A DNA stretch of 61,019 nucleotides, the filler included. It is 4 parts of 4 records of this genome, joined end to end, with 100 filler letters (N's around TTAATTAATTAA, not from the genome) between each part and the next. Parts side by side here need not be neighbours in the genome. Positions count along the whole stretch, not along the records: positions 37,789 to 61,019 come from SRR20825006_978; 3 more parts are not named here. One strand, 5' to 3'. The notes under the pieces are model-generated. The model was given only the letters and a program-made list of their open reading frames with translations, had not been told where the DNA came from and searched no databases. Position 1 is the first letter of the stretch; every line of letters begins with the position of its first letter. Positions 52,475 through 61,019 of this stretch are shown piece by piece. A program made the translations under genes and the position numbers.

Positions 52475-53487
52475 CAACGCCTCCCGTCTTTGGAAGGTGC
52501 CCACGCGGGCGCGCTAGTGCGGATTGCTACGCGAAGCCGGGAAGAACGAGAACGCGGATTACGGCCCACCTCTTCCTCACCCGGCTTCACGGCTCCCTTG
52601 TTCTTCAATTTGAAACTTGGCGCAGGCCCCGCGCTCACAGGGCCGGGCATGTGCCGACTGCCGCCGGCCTGCATGCCGCTTCGTTCCGCCATAAAGTTTT
52701 TAACGATACGGTCTTCGAGTGAGTGGAAACTCACCACAACCAGACGCCCACCCTCGGAAAGCAATGCCTCTGCTCCCTCGAGGCCGCGGCGCAACTCACC
52801 GAGCTCATCATTCACATGAATACGAAGCGCTTGGAATGTACGCGTTGCAGGGTGAACTGCTCGCTGGCCTTTTCGCACCGGCGGACGGCCCAGCACGCGC
52901 TCAATCATATCGGCAAGCTGTTTGGTGCGCTCAAACGGTGTTGTCACGCGATCTTTTACAATTGCCGCAGCAACGCGGCGAGACTTCCGCTCTTCGCCGT
53001 AGTTATAAATAATGTCAGCAAGCTCTTCCTCGCCATATGTATTGACGACGTCAGCCGCACTTTCACCAGCCCGCCCCATGCGCATGTCCAAGGGGCCATC
53101 TGCCATGAAAGAAAAACCGCGCTCGGCTTCATCAAGCTGAAAGCTGGAAACGCCGATATCAAGCATCACGCCATGAACTGCATCAACACCCGCATCAGGC
53201 AACAGCGACGCCATGTCACCAAAACAGCCTTCCAGAATTTGAAACTTATCGCCAAACTCCGCCTTTAGCGTGCTGGAGCGCGTGATGGCATCCGGATCGC
53301 GATCAATCGCGATAACCCTGCAATCGGCATTACCCAGCACGGCACGGGTATAACCACCCGCCCCAAAGGTACCGTCGACATAAGCTTCACCTGAGCTAGG
53401 CTCCAGCGCACTTACTACCTCATCAAGAAGAACGGGAATGTGCCGGCCAGTAGCCTCAGCGGCTTGGATATCGCCCTTGCTCATCAT
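52474..53487 (-). CDS. rsmH: 16S rRNA m4C1402 methyltransferase
   Basis: HIPVLL, DGTFGAGGY, DIGVSSFQLD, FHSLEDR and NPRSRS motifs. Confidence 0.97.
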   Translation of the reverse strand: MMSKGDIQAAEATGRHIPVLLDEVVSALEPSSGEAYVDGTFGAGGYTRAVLGNADCRVIAIDRDPDAITRSSTLKAEFGDKFQILEGCFGDMASLLPDAGVDAVHGVMLDIGVSSFQLDEAERGFSFMADGPLDMRMGRAGESAADVVNTYGEEELADIIYNYGEERKSRRVAAAIVKDRVTTPFERTKQLADMIERVLGRPPVRKGQRAVHPATRTFQALRIHVNDELGELRRGLEGAEALLSEGGRLVVVSFHSLEDRIVKNFMAERSGMQAGGSRHMPGPVSAGPAPSFKLKNKGAVKPGEEEVGRNPRSRSSRLRVAIRTSAPAWAPSKDGRR

Positions 53488-53951
53488 GCCTGCCCTCCAC
53501 CACCAAATGGCGGCAGCTTCGGCGCGGCTTCAGCGGCTTGCTCCAACTGGTCTTTGAGATGCTCTTGGTAGGCGTCAGCTCCCCAGATTTGGAACTTGCG
53601 ACCAAGCCCAACAAATGTGGCGTGGGTATCGACACCTGCCGCCGCACGCATTTCAGCAGGCAGCATCACGCGACCTTCAGGGTCAAAAGCAAGCTGACTG
53701 GAACCAGCGAGAATGGCGGTGGCGACGGACATTTGGTCGGGATTGAAAGGTCCAAAATCGCCGTAGAGCCGGTCAGACAATTGCTCAAGGAAAGTGAGGT
53801 CTGCGCCTTCGATACAGGGGAAATTCAGAGGTCGGTAAACGACAATACCGGGGAAGTGACTGGAGGATACGGCTTGACGAAAAGAGGCTGGGACAGAGAC
53901 CCGCCCTTTCTTGTCTACCTTGTTTGTGAATGTGGACAGGAAAAATGCCAT
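53484..53951 (-). CDS. mraZ: dcw cluster transcriptional regulator MraZ
   Basis: FLSTFTNKVDKKGRVSVP and DPEGRVMLP SpoVT-AbrB repeats. Confidence 0.93.
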   Translation of the reverse strand: MAFFLSTFTNKVDKKGRVSVPASFRQAVSSSHFPGIVVYRPLNFPCIEGADLTFLEQLSDRLYGDFGPFNPDQMSVATAILAGSSQLAFDPEGRVMLPAEMRAAAGVDTHATFVGLGRKFQIWGADAYQEHLKDQLEQAAEAAPKLPPFGGGGQA

Positions 53952-54015
53952 TGCCCAACAAGCCCCCGATTGTTCTCCCCCCATTCTTTGCCGCCAAACA
54001 AAGCACAGGCATTCA

Positions 54016-54030
54016 GAACGTCTTCTGAAC
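54016..54030. promoter_or_regulatory. Candidate alphaproteobacterial LexA box GAAC-N7-GAAC
   Basis: GAAC-GTCTTCT-GAAC, 65 nt upstream of mraZ. Confidence 0.4.
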
Positions 54031-54035
54031 ATATT

Positions 54036-54081
54036 TGGGATATCATGGTTTTTAATGGGTGGTCAATGGGTCTGTATGGGC
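54036..54081. promoter_or_regulatory. MraZ-binding TGGGN direct repeats
   Basis: TGGGA/TGGTT/TGGGT/TGGGT/TGGGC at 54036, 54046, 54056, 54067, 54077; a further TGGGA pair at 54223 and 54233. Confidence 0.65.
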
Positions 54082-54450
54082 CTTAGTGACTTTTTATGTA
54101 TAGGAAATTTTAGCCTGACAAGACATTTATTTCTTTTAAATCAAATAGATATGAACATATGTTTCCTATATGTTCTCACTTTTTCTTCACTCTCTTCCCC
54201 GCCTTCGCGGAATCCAGAAATTTGGGAAATCATGGGAAAGGGCTGCCGCGCCCTAAGGCATAACACGTCGCTAACCGAGCAATTTTTGTGGTTGTCGACA
54301 GGCCATCGCAATGCCAAACATCACTGAACAGGTCATCCGTCTATGGTAAAATTGCCATTGACCTCTCGATCCGAGAGATAAATCTCGCTAAACAAGTGGA
54401 AGCGATTTATCCACGTTGTGGCAGACCCAACAGGCAAGGAAGTTTGATCG

Positions 54451-55125
54451 ATGAAGAATATTGTTATCACCGGAGCCGCCGGTGCGCTTGGCACCGCCGC
54501 CATTGACGCCCTGAACACCCCCAAAAACAATGTTATTGCACTTGATGCAGCGAAGGCGCGGCCCGCTAGTCTCCCGGAGGATGTGAAGTATCTGGGCGGA
54601 TATGATCTCACGGATATGGAGGCCACGAAGAAGGCTGCTGCCGCCATTCATGATAAATTTAAAACAGTGGATGCCTTAGTGCATATCGCAGGCACTTTCG
54701 CCTGGGAGGAAATCAAGGACGGCTCACCAGCCACTTGGCAACGCATGTATGACATCAACCTGATGACCGCCCTGAACACCACACAGGCGTTATTGCCATC
54801 CTTCGCTGATGGTGGATCTGTGGTTTATATTGGCGCAGCTGCTGCCATGCCTGCGGTACGCGGCATGGGCGCTTATGCGGCCTCCAAGGCTGCCGTGCGG
54901 GCGCTGACCGAAAGCCTTGCGGATGAGCTATCCGGCCAAAAAATCCGGGTAAACGCAGTGCTCCCCCGCATTATCGACACCCCAAAGAACCGTGCGGATA
55001 TGCCGGACGCGGACTATAGCGAATGGACAACGCCGGAAGCCATTTCAGATGTGATCGCTTTCCTCACGTCCAGCAAAGCGCGCTGTATTTCAGGCGCTTC
55101 TATTCCCGTGACCTTCTCGGCATAG
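54451..55125 (+). CDS. Short-chain dehydrogenase/reductase
   Basis: ITGAAGALG, YAASK and VNAVLP..IDTP motifs. Confidence 0.9.
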   Translation: MKNIVITGAAGALGTAAIDALNTPKNNVIALDAAKARPASLPEDVKYLGGYDLTDMEATKKAAAAIHDKFKTVDALVHIAGTFAWEEIKDGSPATWQRMYDINLMTALNTTQALLPSFADGGSVVYIGAAAAMPAVRGMGAYAASKAAVRALTESLADELSGQKIRVNAVLPRIIDTPKNRADMPDADYSEWTTPEAISDVIAFLTSSKARCISGASIPVTFSA

Positions 55126-55131
55126 GTTTCT

Positions 55132-55170
55132 GCGCGCAGAAGGTAGCTCTCGTATCTGCCTTTTGCGCGC
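55132..55170. terminator. Hairpin between the convergent SDR and VOC genes
   Basis: GCGCGCAGAAGGTAG-N9-CTGCCTTTTGCGCGC. Confidence 0.6.
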
Positions 55171-55173
55171 CCA

Positions 55174-55545
55174 CTACCGATGCTGGTCAATCAGTATCGG
55201 GTTGCCGTCAGGGTCTGTCACCATGAAGCTCGCCGGACCACTGGTGTTTTCATCCGCTTCAGTCACAAGCGGCACCCCTGCCTTTTTGAGCGCCCGCTGA
55301 ATGTCGCGAACATCAGTGAAATCATCAAGCGGCTCTGCACTACTGTCCCAGCCGGGATTGAAGGTCATCATGTTTTTATCAAACATGCCCTGAAACAACC
55401 CAAGCACACAGGTGGGGCCTTTCATGATCAACCATCCTTGATCACGATCACCACCCATGACGGTAAATCCAAGTTTTTCATAGAAAGCCTCAGATGCAGC
55501 GATGTCTTTCACGTTAAGACTAAGTGAAAATGCTCCCAGGTTCAC
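55174..55545 (-). CDS. VOC/glyoxalase family protein
   Basis: LGAFSLSLNVKDI, GLFQGMF and DPDGNPILIDQH motifs. GTG start after a GAAAGGA Shine-Dalgarno. Confidence 0.87.
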   Translation of the reverse strand: MNLGAFSLSLNVKDIAASEAFYEKLGFTVMGGDRDQGWLIMKGPTCVLGLFQGMFDKNMMTFNPGWDSSAEPLDDFTDVRDIQRALKKAGVPLVTEADENTSGPASFMVTDPDGNPILIDQHR

Positions 55546-55660
55546 AAGACTAGTCCTTTCTCTGTTTCCTGCCACGCTTCGCCTCATGCGAGGGGCCCTC
55601 CTCTGAAGCCTGCCCTCGACAAAACATAAAAATCAACCGATTATCGATGCCCGGCAAGCT

Positions 55661-56860
55661 ATGGAAGGCATTATCTTGACTGGATTACTGATCATCACTG
55701 TCGCCACAATCTTTCTCGCGCTAATCGCGAAGCGACTTTCTTCCACGGTGATTACGCCGCCGATGTTTTTCCTCGCGCTCGGAGCATTGTTTTCTTTTAC
55801 CGATCTACTCCCAAAAGAAAACGCACAAGAAGGGCTTCATCTGGTTGCTGAAGTTGCCCTTGTAATCTTGCTGTTTCTTGACGCCGCGAAAGTAGATCTT
55901 GCAGAACTTATAAGGGAGCGAACGGTCCCGCTGCGCATGCTGTTGATTGGGCTACCGCTCGCCATCCTGCTCGGCACAGGTGGTGCGTTTCTACTATTGC
56001 CAGACTGGCCACTTTTTGCCCTCGCACTGCTTGCCGCCATACTGGGCCCCACAGATGCCGCACTCGGGCAATCCGTCATTACCGACCCCAGCGTGCCTGA
56101 AATGGAACGTCAGTCTCTGTCCGTTGAGAGCGGCATGAACGACGGCTTAGCATTGCCTGCCATCTTGCTTTTCGCGAGCCTGGCCGCAATCACCCCTGCG
56201 TCTGAGGCAACCAACTGGTTCACTTTCATCGCCATGCAGCTCACGCTCGGGCCGCTAATAGGTGGCGCAGTTGGCTACGTTGGTGGCTGGCTTTTCCTGC
56301 GTGCAGACGAGCGAAAATATACCGCCAGCACATATGAAGGGATCAGCACCCTCGCATTAGCCGGTGCAGCTTATCTGAGCGCGACCCTGCTTGGCGGAAA
56401 CGGTTTTATAGCGGCCTTTGTCGCAGGCCTGGCATTTGGCAATATTGTCAAAGGCCGATGTCAGTTTATCTATGACTTCACCGAAAGTGAGGGACAGATG
56501 CTGAGCTGGGCCGCCTTTTTCCTCCTTGGCCTTACGCTTGTACCTTTGGCGGCGCAAAACCTCACCCTGCCCGTTTTCCTTCTGATCTTGACGAGCCTTT
56601 TCGTCATCCGCCCACTGGCTATCTGGCTATCTTTGACAGGTACCGGCCTCCCACCCAGGACAAGGATCTTCTTCGGCTGGTTTGGTCCGCGCGGTTTAGC
56701 CACAGCCTTGTTTGCGCTTTTAATTGCAGGAAACAGCGAGGACGCACAGGGCGAGGCTATTTTGATGATTGCTATTAATGCGGTATGGATCAGTGCCCTT
56801 CTGCACGGCGTTACTGCCGCCTTTGGTGCGCTATGCTACGGCCGTTACTCTGGGAAATAA
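55661..56860 (+). CDS. NhaP-type cation:proton antiporter (CPA1)
   Basis: LFLDA, PTDAALG, VESGMNDG and WFGPRGLA motifs. Confidence 0.9.
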   Translation: MEGIILTGLLIITVATIFLALIAKRLSSTVITPPMFFLALGALFSFTDLLPKENAQEGLHLVAEVALVILLFLDAAKVDLAELIRERTVPLRMLLIGLPLAILLGTGGAFLLLPDWPLFALALLAAILGPTDAALGQSVITDPSVPEMERQSLSVESGMNDGLALPAILLFASLAAITPASEATNWFTFIAMQLTLGPLIGGAVGYVGGWLFLRADERKYTASTYEGISTLALAGAAYLSATLLGGNGFIAAFVAGLAFGNIVKGRCQFIYDFTESEGQMLSWAAFFLLGLTLVPLAAQNLTLPVFLLILTSLFVIRPLAIWLSLTGTGLPPRTRIFFGWFGPRGLATALFALLIAGNSEDAQGEAILMIAINAVWISALLHGVTAAFGALCYGRYSGK

Positions 56861-56866
56861 CCATAC

Positions 56867-56895
56867 AAAAAAAGGGCCCGCAGGCCCTTTTCTTT
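56867..56895. terminator. Bidirectional intrinsic terminator
   Basis: AAAAAAAGGGCC-CGCA-GGCCCTTTT. Confidence 0.8.
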
Positions 56896-56907
56896 ATCCG
56901 TTCAATT

Positions 56908-59388
56908 TTAGAAACTGCTGTCGCAATGCCAGCACGGCTCACCCTGCCCACTCCCGATCGGGCTTCCCGGCGGGATAGTTGCCTCAGCCGGTTCCTTCAC
57001 GGCTGGTGTGCGGGCTCGCGCCAGCGCGTCATCAATGCGGGCAATCAGACCAGACGCAAACGCACCGTCGCGGCGGCGCATTTTCTCTGCCCGCGAGCGT
57101 ACATCCATCAGTGCAGCCCGGCTTTCCTGCCTCACAACAACCGGCACATCGACCCCGAGTGAAAGGCCGATAAGGCGTTCGGCATAGTCACCCGCCACTT
57201 GTTGGCGAAGGGCCACATCTTTGGCCGCATCCCCTTTACCATCTGCCATCATCGCGGCTGTTACACGCGCGAGAACAGCGCGAAGCCCAGGGTATTCATC
57301 CCCCGCATCACCCTGTGAAGCAACACGGGCAAGCCGGGCAGGATTGAGAAGTGCATCAAAACTCAACGCCGCCGCACTTGCCGCGGCTTTGGTTGCATCA
57401 AAAAGTGGACGGCTCGCATTATCAAACACCTCACGGTTAAATTGCGGGTCACCGTCTGAGTAGCCAAGCGGCGACAGAACCGTCACCACCTCATCAGGAA
57501 TAGAAAGGGCTTCAGGCGTCAGGGTTTCCAGCAAAAGATCAAGCGCTTTCTGCTGCTCTACCCAGGCAACCGGCGCGGGTGCAGGGCGCCCGTCTCCTTC
57601 ATGGCGATACACAAAATTCATGCCGCCGAGGCTTTTAGCCGCCGCCGCCAACTGGTAGCGATGATAAAGGTAAAGCGGCACAAATTTGCTTTGGAGTGCG
57701 CTCAGGCTCTCACCCGCACGCAAGTTCCCCATGCCAAAGTTTTCCAGCGCGATACGCCGCACGTTCAGGGTGTTGCGCAGGCTCTCAATCGGGTCATCAC
57801 CCGTATCCCACACCGCGCCGCGTGCATGGCCGCTTGAGATGCTGCGGCTATCCGGGTCAGAAACATAAAGGTGCCCATAGGCATCTGCTTCACGGATCAG
57901 GGCAGCCTGAGCTTCAGCCTCGGACGCGCCATCATAGTCGCCATAGAGGAAATTGGTCGTCCACTTATCCCAACTACCAATCCCCACACCGTAGACGGAG
58001 GAGAAATCAAGCGCGCTGCCTTCGCCCACACGTACATCGGGGGCGGGATAGTCCATCACGCTTGCGCGGTCATCATAGGTGCTTGCGCCCATATTATGGG
58101 CAAAACCAAGCGCATGCCCCACCTCATGCGCCGCCAGTTGGCGGATACGCGCGAGCGCAAGCTCAACCGGGTCGTCATCCACGCCCGTGCCGGTTTTTGA
58201 TGCGCCAGCAAGTGCTTCAAATATCTTGATATCCTGCCGCACGCGCAGGCTGCCCAGCAGCACAACGCCGCGCAGCACTTCGCCAGTGCGTGGGTCGGCA
58301 ACTGCCGCACCATATGACCACCCCCGTGTTGCCCGGTGAACCCAGTTCACAACGTTATAGCGCGCATCAAGCGGGTGCACACCTTCGGGCAAAATCTCTA
58401 CCCGATAACCACCGGGGTAGCCTGCCGCCGCGAAAGCGTCAGCCCACCAGTTAGCCCCTTCTTGCAAGGCGGAGCGGATTGGTTCCGGCGCGCCGTTATC
58501 TATATAAAAGATGATCGGCTTGATCACCTTGCCGCTCTCATCTTTTTCAAGGCGAAACCGGCGCGCAAGCCGCACAACCGTATCGCCCGCAAGCGGCGCA
58601 GACATATCAACATAATCAAGCCCGATCAGCGCCGCGCGCTCATCATACAAGCGGGTTTTATAACCGTCGTCCGGCAACTTGAGCAGACTTGTGTGCGCGA
58701 TCAGCGTCACTGCTTCCGGCACAGGCGTGGTGGCGCGCACCTCGCGGCCCGGATCTGATGAATTGAAGGTTACATAAGCGTCAAACTCGCCGTTTTCGGG
58801 GAACATGAAAGCCGCTTTTGTATCCACCAGCGTATGAGCCTTTGCGATCGAGAAACTGCCCTGCCCGCGCGCCTTAAGCTGGGCCGCAACCCCCACCGCG
58901 TCACGTGTCAGGAAGGAGGAGAAATCAACCAACAGCCGACCGGTCTCCTCATCCTCTTCCATAATGTCACCAGTCCAGATGATCGACTGTGCAAAGCTGG
59001 TTTCAACTGCGCGGCGCTCCGCCGCATTGTTGGCCGTGGCACGAAAATCCCAGTTCTCAACCATGGCAACAATCTTGTCGCCCATGCGGCGGAAGGAAAT
59101 AATCTCGCCGCCATTTGGCACGCTGCGGTCAAGGCCTACAGGGTTGGAACCAAGCCCGCCAGTGAGATATGCCGCATAGATATACCGCCCGGCGATGCCG
59201 TTCTCATCCGGCTTATCAAGCGCAAGCAATACACGCGCTTTCCCGTGGTCAACATAGGTGTCCACAAGGCCGTCCTTGAACTCAAGGTCTTTGGTAGCCT
59301 CGCTAAAATCGGCAAGTGCTGCACACGACAGGCCCAGCATAGCCGCCCCCGTCAGCATCCCCCATGACATGGTTTTCATGAAAGTCAT
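56908..59388 (-). CDS. Exported zinc-dependent metalloprotease (metzincin, DUF5117/DUF4953-like)
   Basis: Signal peptide; DPRTGEVLRG, HEVGHALGFAH and SVMDYP Met-turn motifs. Confidence 0.85.
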   Translation of the reverse strand: MTFMKTMSWGMLTGAAMLGLSCAALADFSEATKDLEFKDGLVDTYVDHGKARVLLALDKPDENGIAGRYIYAAYLTGGLGSNPVGLDRSVPNGGEIISFRRMGDKIVAMVENWDFRATANNAAERRAVETSFAQSIIWTGDIMEEDEETGRLLVDFSSFLTRDAVGVAAQLKARGQGSFSIAKAHTLVDTKAAFMFPENGEFDAYVTFNSSDPGREVRATTPVPEAVTLIAHTSLLKLPDDGYKTRLYDERAALIGLDYVDMSAPLAGDTVVRLARRFRLEKDESGKVIKPIIFYIDNGAPEPIRSALQEGANWWADAFAAAGYPGGYRVEILPEGVHPLDARYNVVNWVHRATRGWSYGAAVADPRTGEVLRGVVLLGSLRVRQDIKIFEALAGASKTGTGVDDDPVELALARIRQLAAHEVGHALGFAHNMGASTYDDRASVMDYPAPDVRVGEGSALDFSSVYGVGIGSWDKWTTNFLYGDYDGASEAEAQAALIREADAYGHLYVSDPDSRSISSGHARGAVWDTGDDPIESLRNTLNVRRIALENFGMGNLRAGESLSALQSKFVPLYLYHRYQLAAAAKSLGGMNFVYRHEGDGRPAPAPVAWVEQQKALDLLLETLTPEALSIPDEVVTVLSPLGYSDGDPQFNREVFDNASRPLFDATKAAASAAALSFDALLNPARLARVASQGDAGDEYPGLRAVLARVTAAMMADGKGDAAKDVALRQQVAGDYAERLIGLSLGVDVPVVVRQESRAALMDVRSRAEKMRRRDGAFASGLIARIDDALARARTPAVKEPAEATIPPGSPIGSGQGEPCWHCDSSF

Positions 59389-59490
59389 ACGCTGTCCCCT
59401 TTTTCTGAACTCAGGAGACATTAGCGCGTGAGAATAAGAATGGAAGAAGAAGATAAAGGCAGATGGCCCCTCTAAAGGGGCACTGTCAGA

Positions 59491-60729
59491 CTACGGCGTT
59501 GATTTTGTTTTATTTCCGGTTGCCATTTGGTGCAACATATCCAGCAATCCTATCGGCGGACCCTCGTCTGATTTGGGATTAATCGGGCGTACTAAAGCAT
59601 TCAAAATCAGAGCCCTTTCCTCATTGGAAAAAGTTTGTCGCTCATCAAGCAGCGCAAGGTACACCTCCAAGATTGTCGCCCGCAGTTTACTGTCTTCATT
59701 TAAGCCCTCGTGCAAAATTGCACCGTTATTTACAAGCTTCAATATCCACAAGAAGAGTGCTAACGGCAGGAATACTGCGATAGCAGACACGAATTGCCAA
59801 GTTTGAGGTAATGCGTTCACAAACTCAATGATCGGACTGTCTAAACCAAGAGAAAAACCCTCCGCATAAATTACGCCTTTAACTATACATCCTGTCAAAA
59901 GAAGCAGACTCAGGAATATAAGCCGATATACAAACATGTATCCAAGGTGCCATCGCGATTTTTTTCGCCAGTACTTCCTCCCAGCATTGAGCTTTACAGT
60001 TTCCGAAATTTTCGTACTTATGGCCTCTTCTTTACCTTCTAGATCTAAAATGCGCTGGCTGACACCATGCATATCGGAAACAACCTTGTTGTAGCTTTCC
60101 TTATAGGCATCATGCATTTGAGTTAGACCAGATTTGGCTTCCTCCAGCTCCGTCGCGATTGATCCAATCTTTCGCTCAGCCAAAGACACCACGTCTGCGT
60201 ATGTACGCAAACTGACTTTCTCGAGGAGCAATTGCACGCCCGGCATTGCACCAGCTAAACTGTAGCCCTTGATCGCCTGCTCCAGATCTTGATGGGCGGT
60301 CTTATCAGATTTACGATCATCATACGCTACCTTGTGCAACTCGAAGACCTTAACTCTCAGGAGACGGGCCACATATCCTGCCCGCGTCCAAGGGTAACCC
60401 ATTTTCTCCAAGTATTCCCCTACCGGGTGTTCTCGCACTATTAATCCCGAATTGGCTGCATTCTCCAACTCGGCTTGAATGGCGTCAATTTTGGGGGTTT
60501 CCTCACCTTCTCCAGTCTCCACAATTTCGAGAAATCTATCATAAGGAGCCAATAGCTCTGATGTGTGATCAAAAGATAGTGGAAATGGAATGGAGCGGAT
60601 GTATGAACGCTGCTCGTTACACCAGCGCCTAAATTCTTCAAAATCCACAAAGCCAACAGCTAGATTGATTGGGCCTTCCGGAAGCCTAAAAATCGGCTTT
60701 CTCTCATCTGGCGATTTTTTTTGAGCCAT
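59491..60729 (-). CDS. Hypothetical coiled-coil protein with two TM helices (DUF6161-like C-terminus)
   Basis: GGGGAGGTG Shine-Dalgarno; coiled coil, YWRKK.RWH, two TMs, R..LEVYLAL..ER.LILNALVRP. Confidence 0.75.
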   Translation of the reverse strand: MAQKKSPDERKPIFRLPEGPINLAVGFVDFEEFRRWCNEQRSYIRSIPFPLSFDHTSELLAPYDRFLEIVETGEGEETPKIDAIQAELENAANSGLIVREHPVGEYLEKMGYPWTRAGYVARLLRVKVFELHKVAYDDRKSDKTAHQDLEQAIKGYSLAGAMPGVQLLLEKVSLRTYADVVSLAERKIGSIATELEEAKSGLTQMHDAYKESYNKVVSDMHGVSQRILDLEGKEEAISTKISETVKLNAGRKYWRKKSRWHLGYMFVYRLIFLSLLLLTGCIVKGVIYAEGFSLGLDSPIIEFVNALPQTWQFVSAIAVFLPLALFLWILKLVNNGAILHEGLNEDSKLRATILEVYLALLDERQTFSNEERALILNALVRPINPKSDEGPPIGLLDMLHQMATGNKTKSTP

Positions 60730-60761
60730 CGCTCACCTCCCCAAGAGTAGCAATGTGCTCA

Positions 60762-60790
60762 ATTCTCAACCGAAAGTGTATTTTGTGCAA
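60762..60790 (-). promoter_or_regulatory. Candidate sigma70 promoter of the islet gene
   Basis: TTGCAC-N17-GAGAAT; the -35 overlaps the end of the direct repeat. Confidence 0.45.
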
Positions 60791-60798
60791 GAAGATAA

Positions 60799-61019
60799 AG
60801 GCAGATGGCCTGTAAGCCGGGTTCTGTACCTGCAACGCAGGCGATGACCATTCCTCTAGGCCTTATGTTGCCATAAGGCTCAAGCAACCTACCACAACGG
60901 AGACGCGAAAACCCGCCTTGCCCTTAGAGGGATACCGTTCATTTGGTTTTGCTCCCGGTGGGGTTTACCGTGCCGCCCCTGTTACCAGGCGCGCGGTGCG
61001 CTCTTACCGCACCCTTTCA
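60799..61019 (-). ncRNA. rnpB: RNase P RNA (class A), 3' portion; 5' part outside the window
   Basis: Minus strand has GAAAGGGTGCGGTAAGAGCGCACC, GGTAAACCCCACCGGGAGCAA, TAGAGGAATG and ACAGAACCCGGCTTA. Confidence 0.96.

Larger units (their letters stand above)
59447..60810 (-). mobile_element. Single-gene islet at the rnpB 3' end bounded by 22-bp direct repeats
   Basis: AAGAAGATAAAGGCAGATGGCC at 59447-59468 and 60789-60810. The second copy overlaps the rnpB 3' terminus, and the interior is more AT-rich. Confidence 0.72.

Noticed and set aside
54407-54415. DnaA-box-like TTATCCACG
   Set aside because: One mismatch and isolated; no box cluster or origin context.
37828-59367. Numerous overlapping or antisense ORFs in the alphaproteobacterial contig (e.g. 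51818-52819, 51132-51938, 44488-45270)
   Set aside because: Shadow ORFs of GC-rich conserved genes with no recognisable motifs.
1-61019. CRISPR array, cas genes, integrase, transposase or prophage genes
   Set aside because: I saw no regularly spaced repeats and no such protein motifs.

Overview
This window is four unrelated contigs joined by 100-nt N/TTAATTAATTAA/N linkers (5207-5306, 16803-16902, 37689-37788). Contigs 1-3 are AT-rich Flavobacteriaceae-type DNA with TAnnTTTG promoters. Contig 1 holds a partial tRNA, mce, rbfA, a LolE-like permease, an FAD reductase, dusB and partial lepA. Contig 2 holds a cassette-like lipoprotein gene, the acyl-CoA DH/ComEA/AGCS symporter/TrkA/PspC/DUF2851 cluster, redox genes, MarR-nitroreductase-YceI and a trp attenuator. 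Contig 3 holds recA, a lipoprotein-ECF sigma-anti-sigma operon, plsC, trpS, dprA, envelope genes, dut and a modular M4 peptidase. Contig 4 is GC-rich alphaproteobacterial DNA: the dcw cluster without ddl, an SDR, a VOC protein, an NhaP-type antiporter, a zincin and the 3' part of rnpB. Best leads: (i) a single-gene AT-rich islet bounded by a perfect 22-bp duplication of the rnpB 3' end; (ii) an integron-cassette-like ORF bounded by 12-bp inverted repeats with GTT/AAC cores; (iii) a probable ECF-sigma-driven structured small RNA divergent from recA, carrying the same promoter motif as the nearby ECF operon; (iv) an unannotated WWW trp leader and attenuator; (v) an AGCS symporter fused to SprB-like and lipoyl-like domains. 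All family calls come from motif recognition by eye, not database searches.
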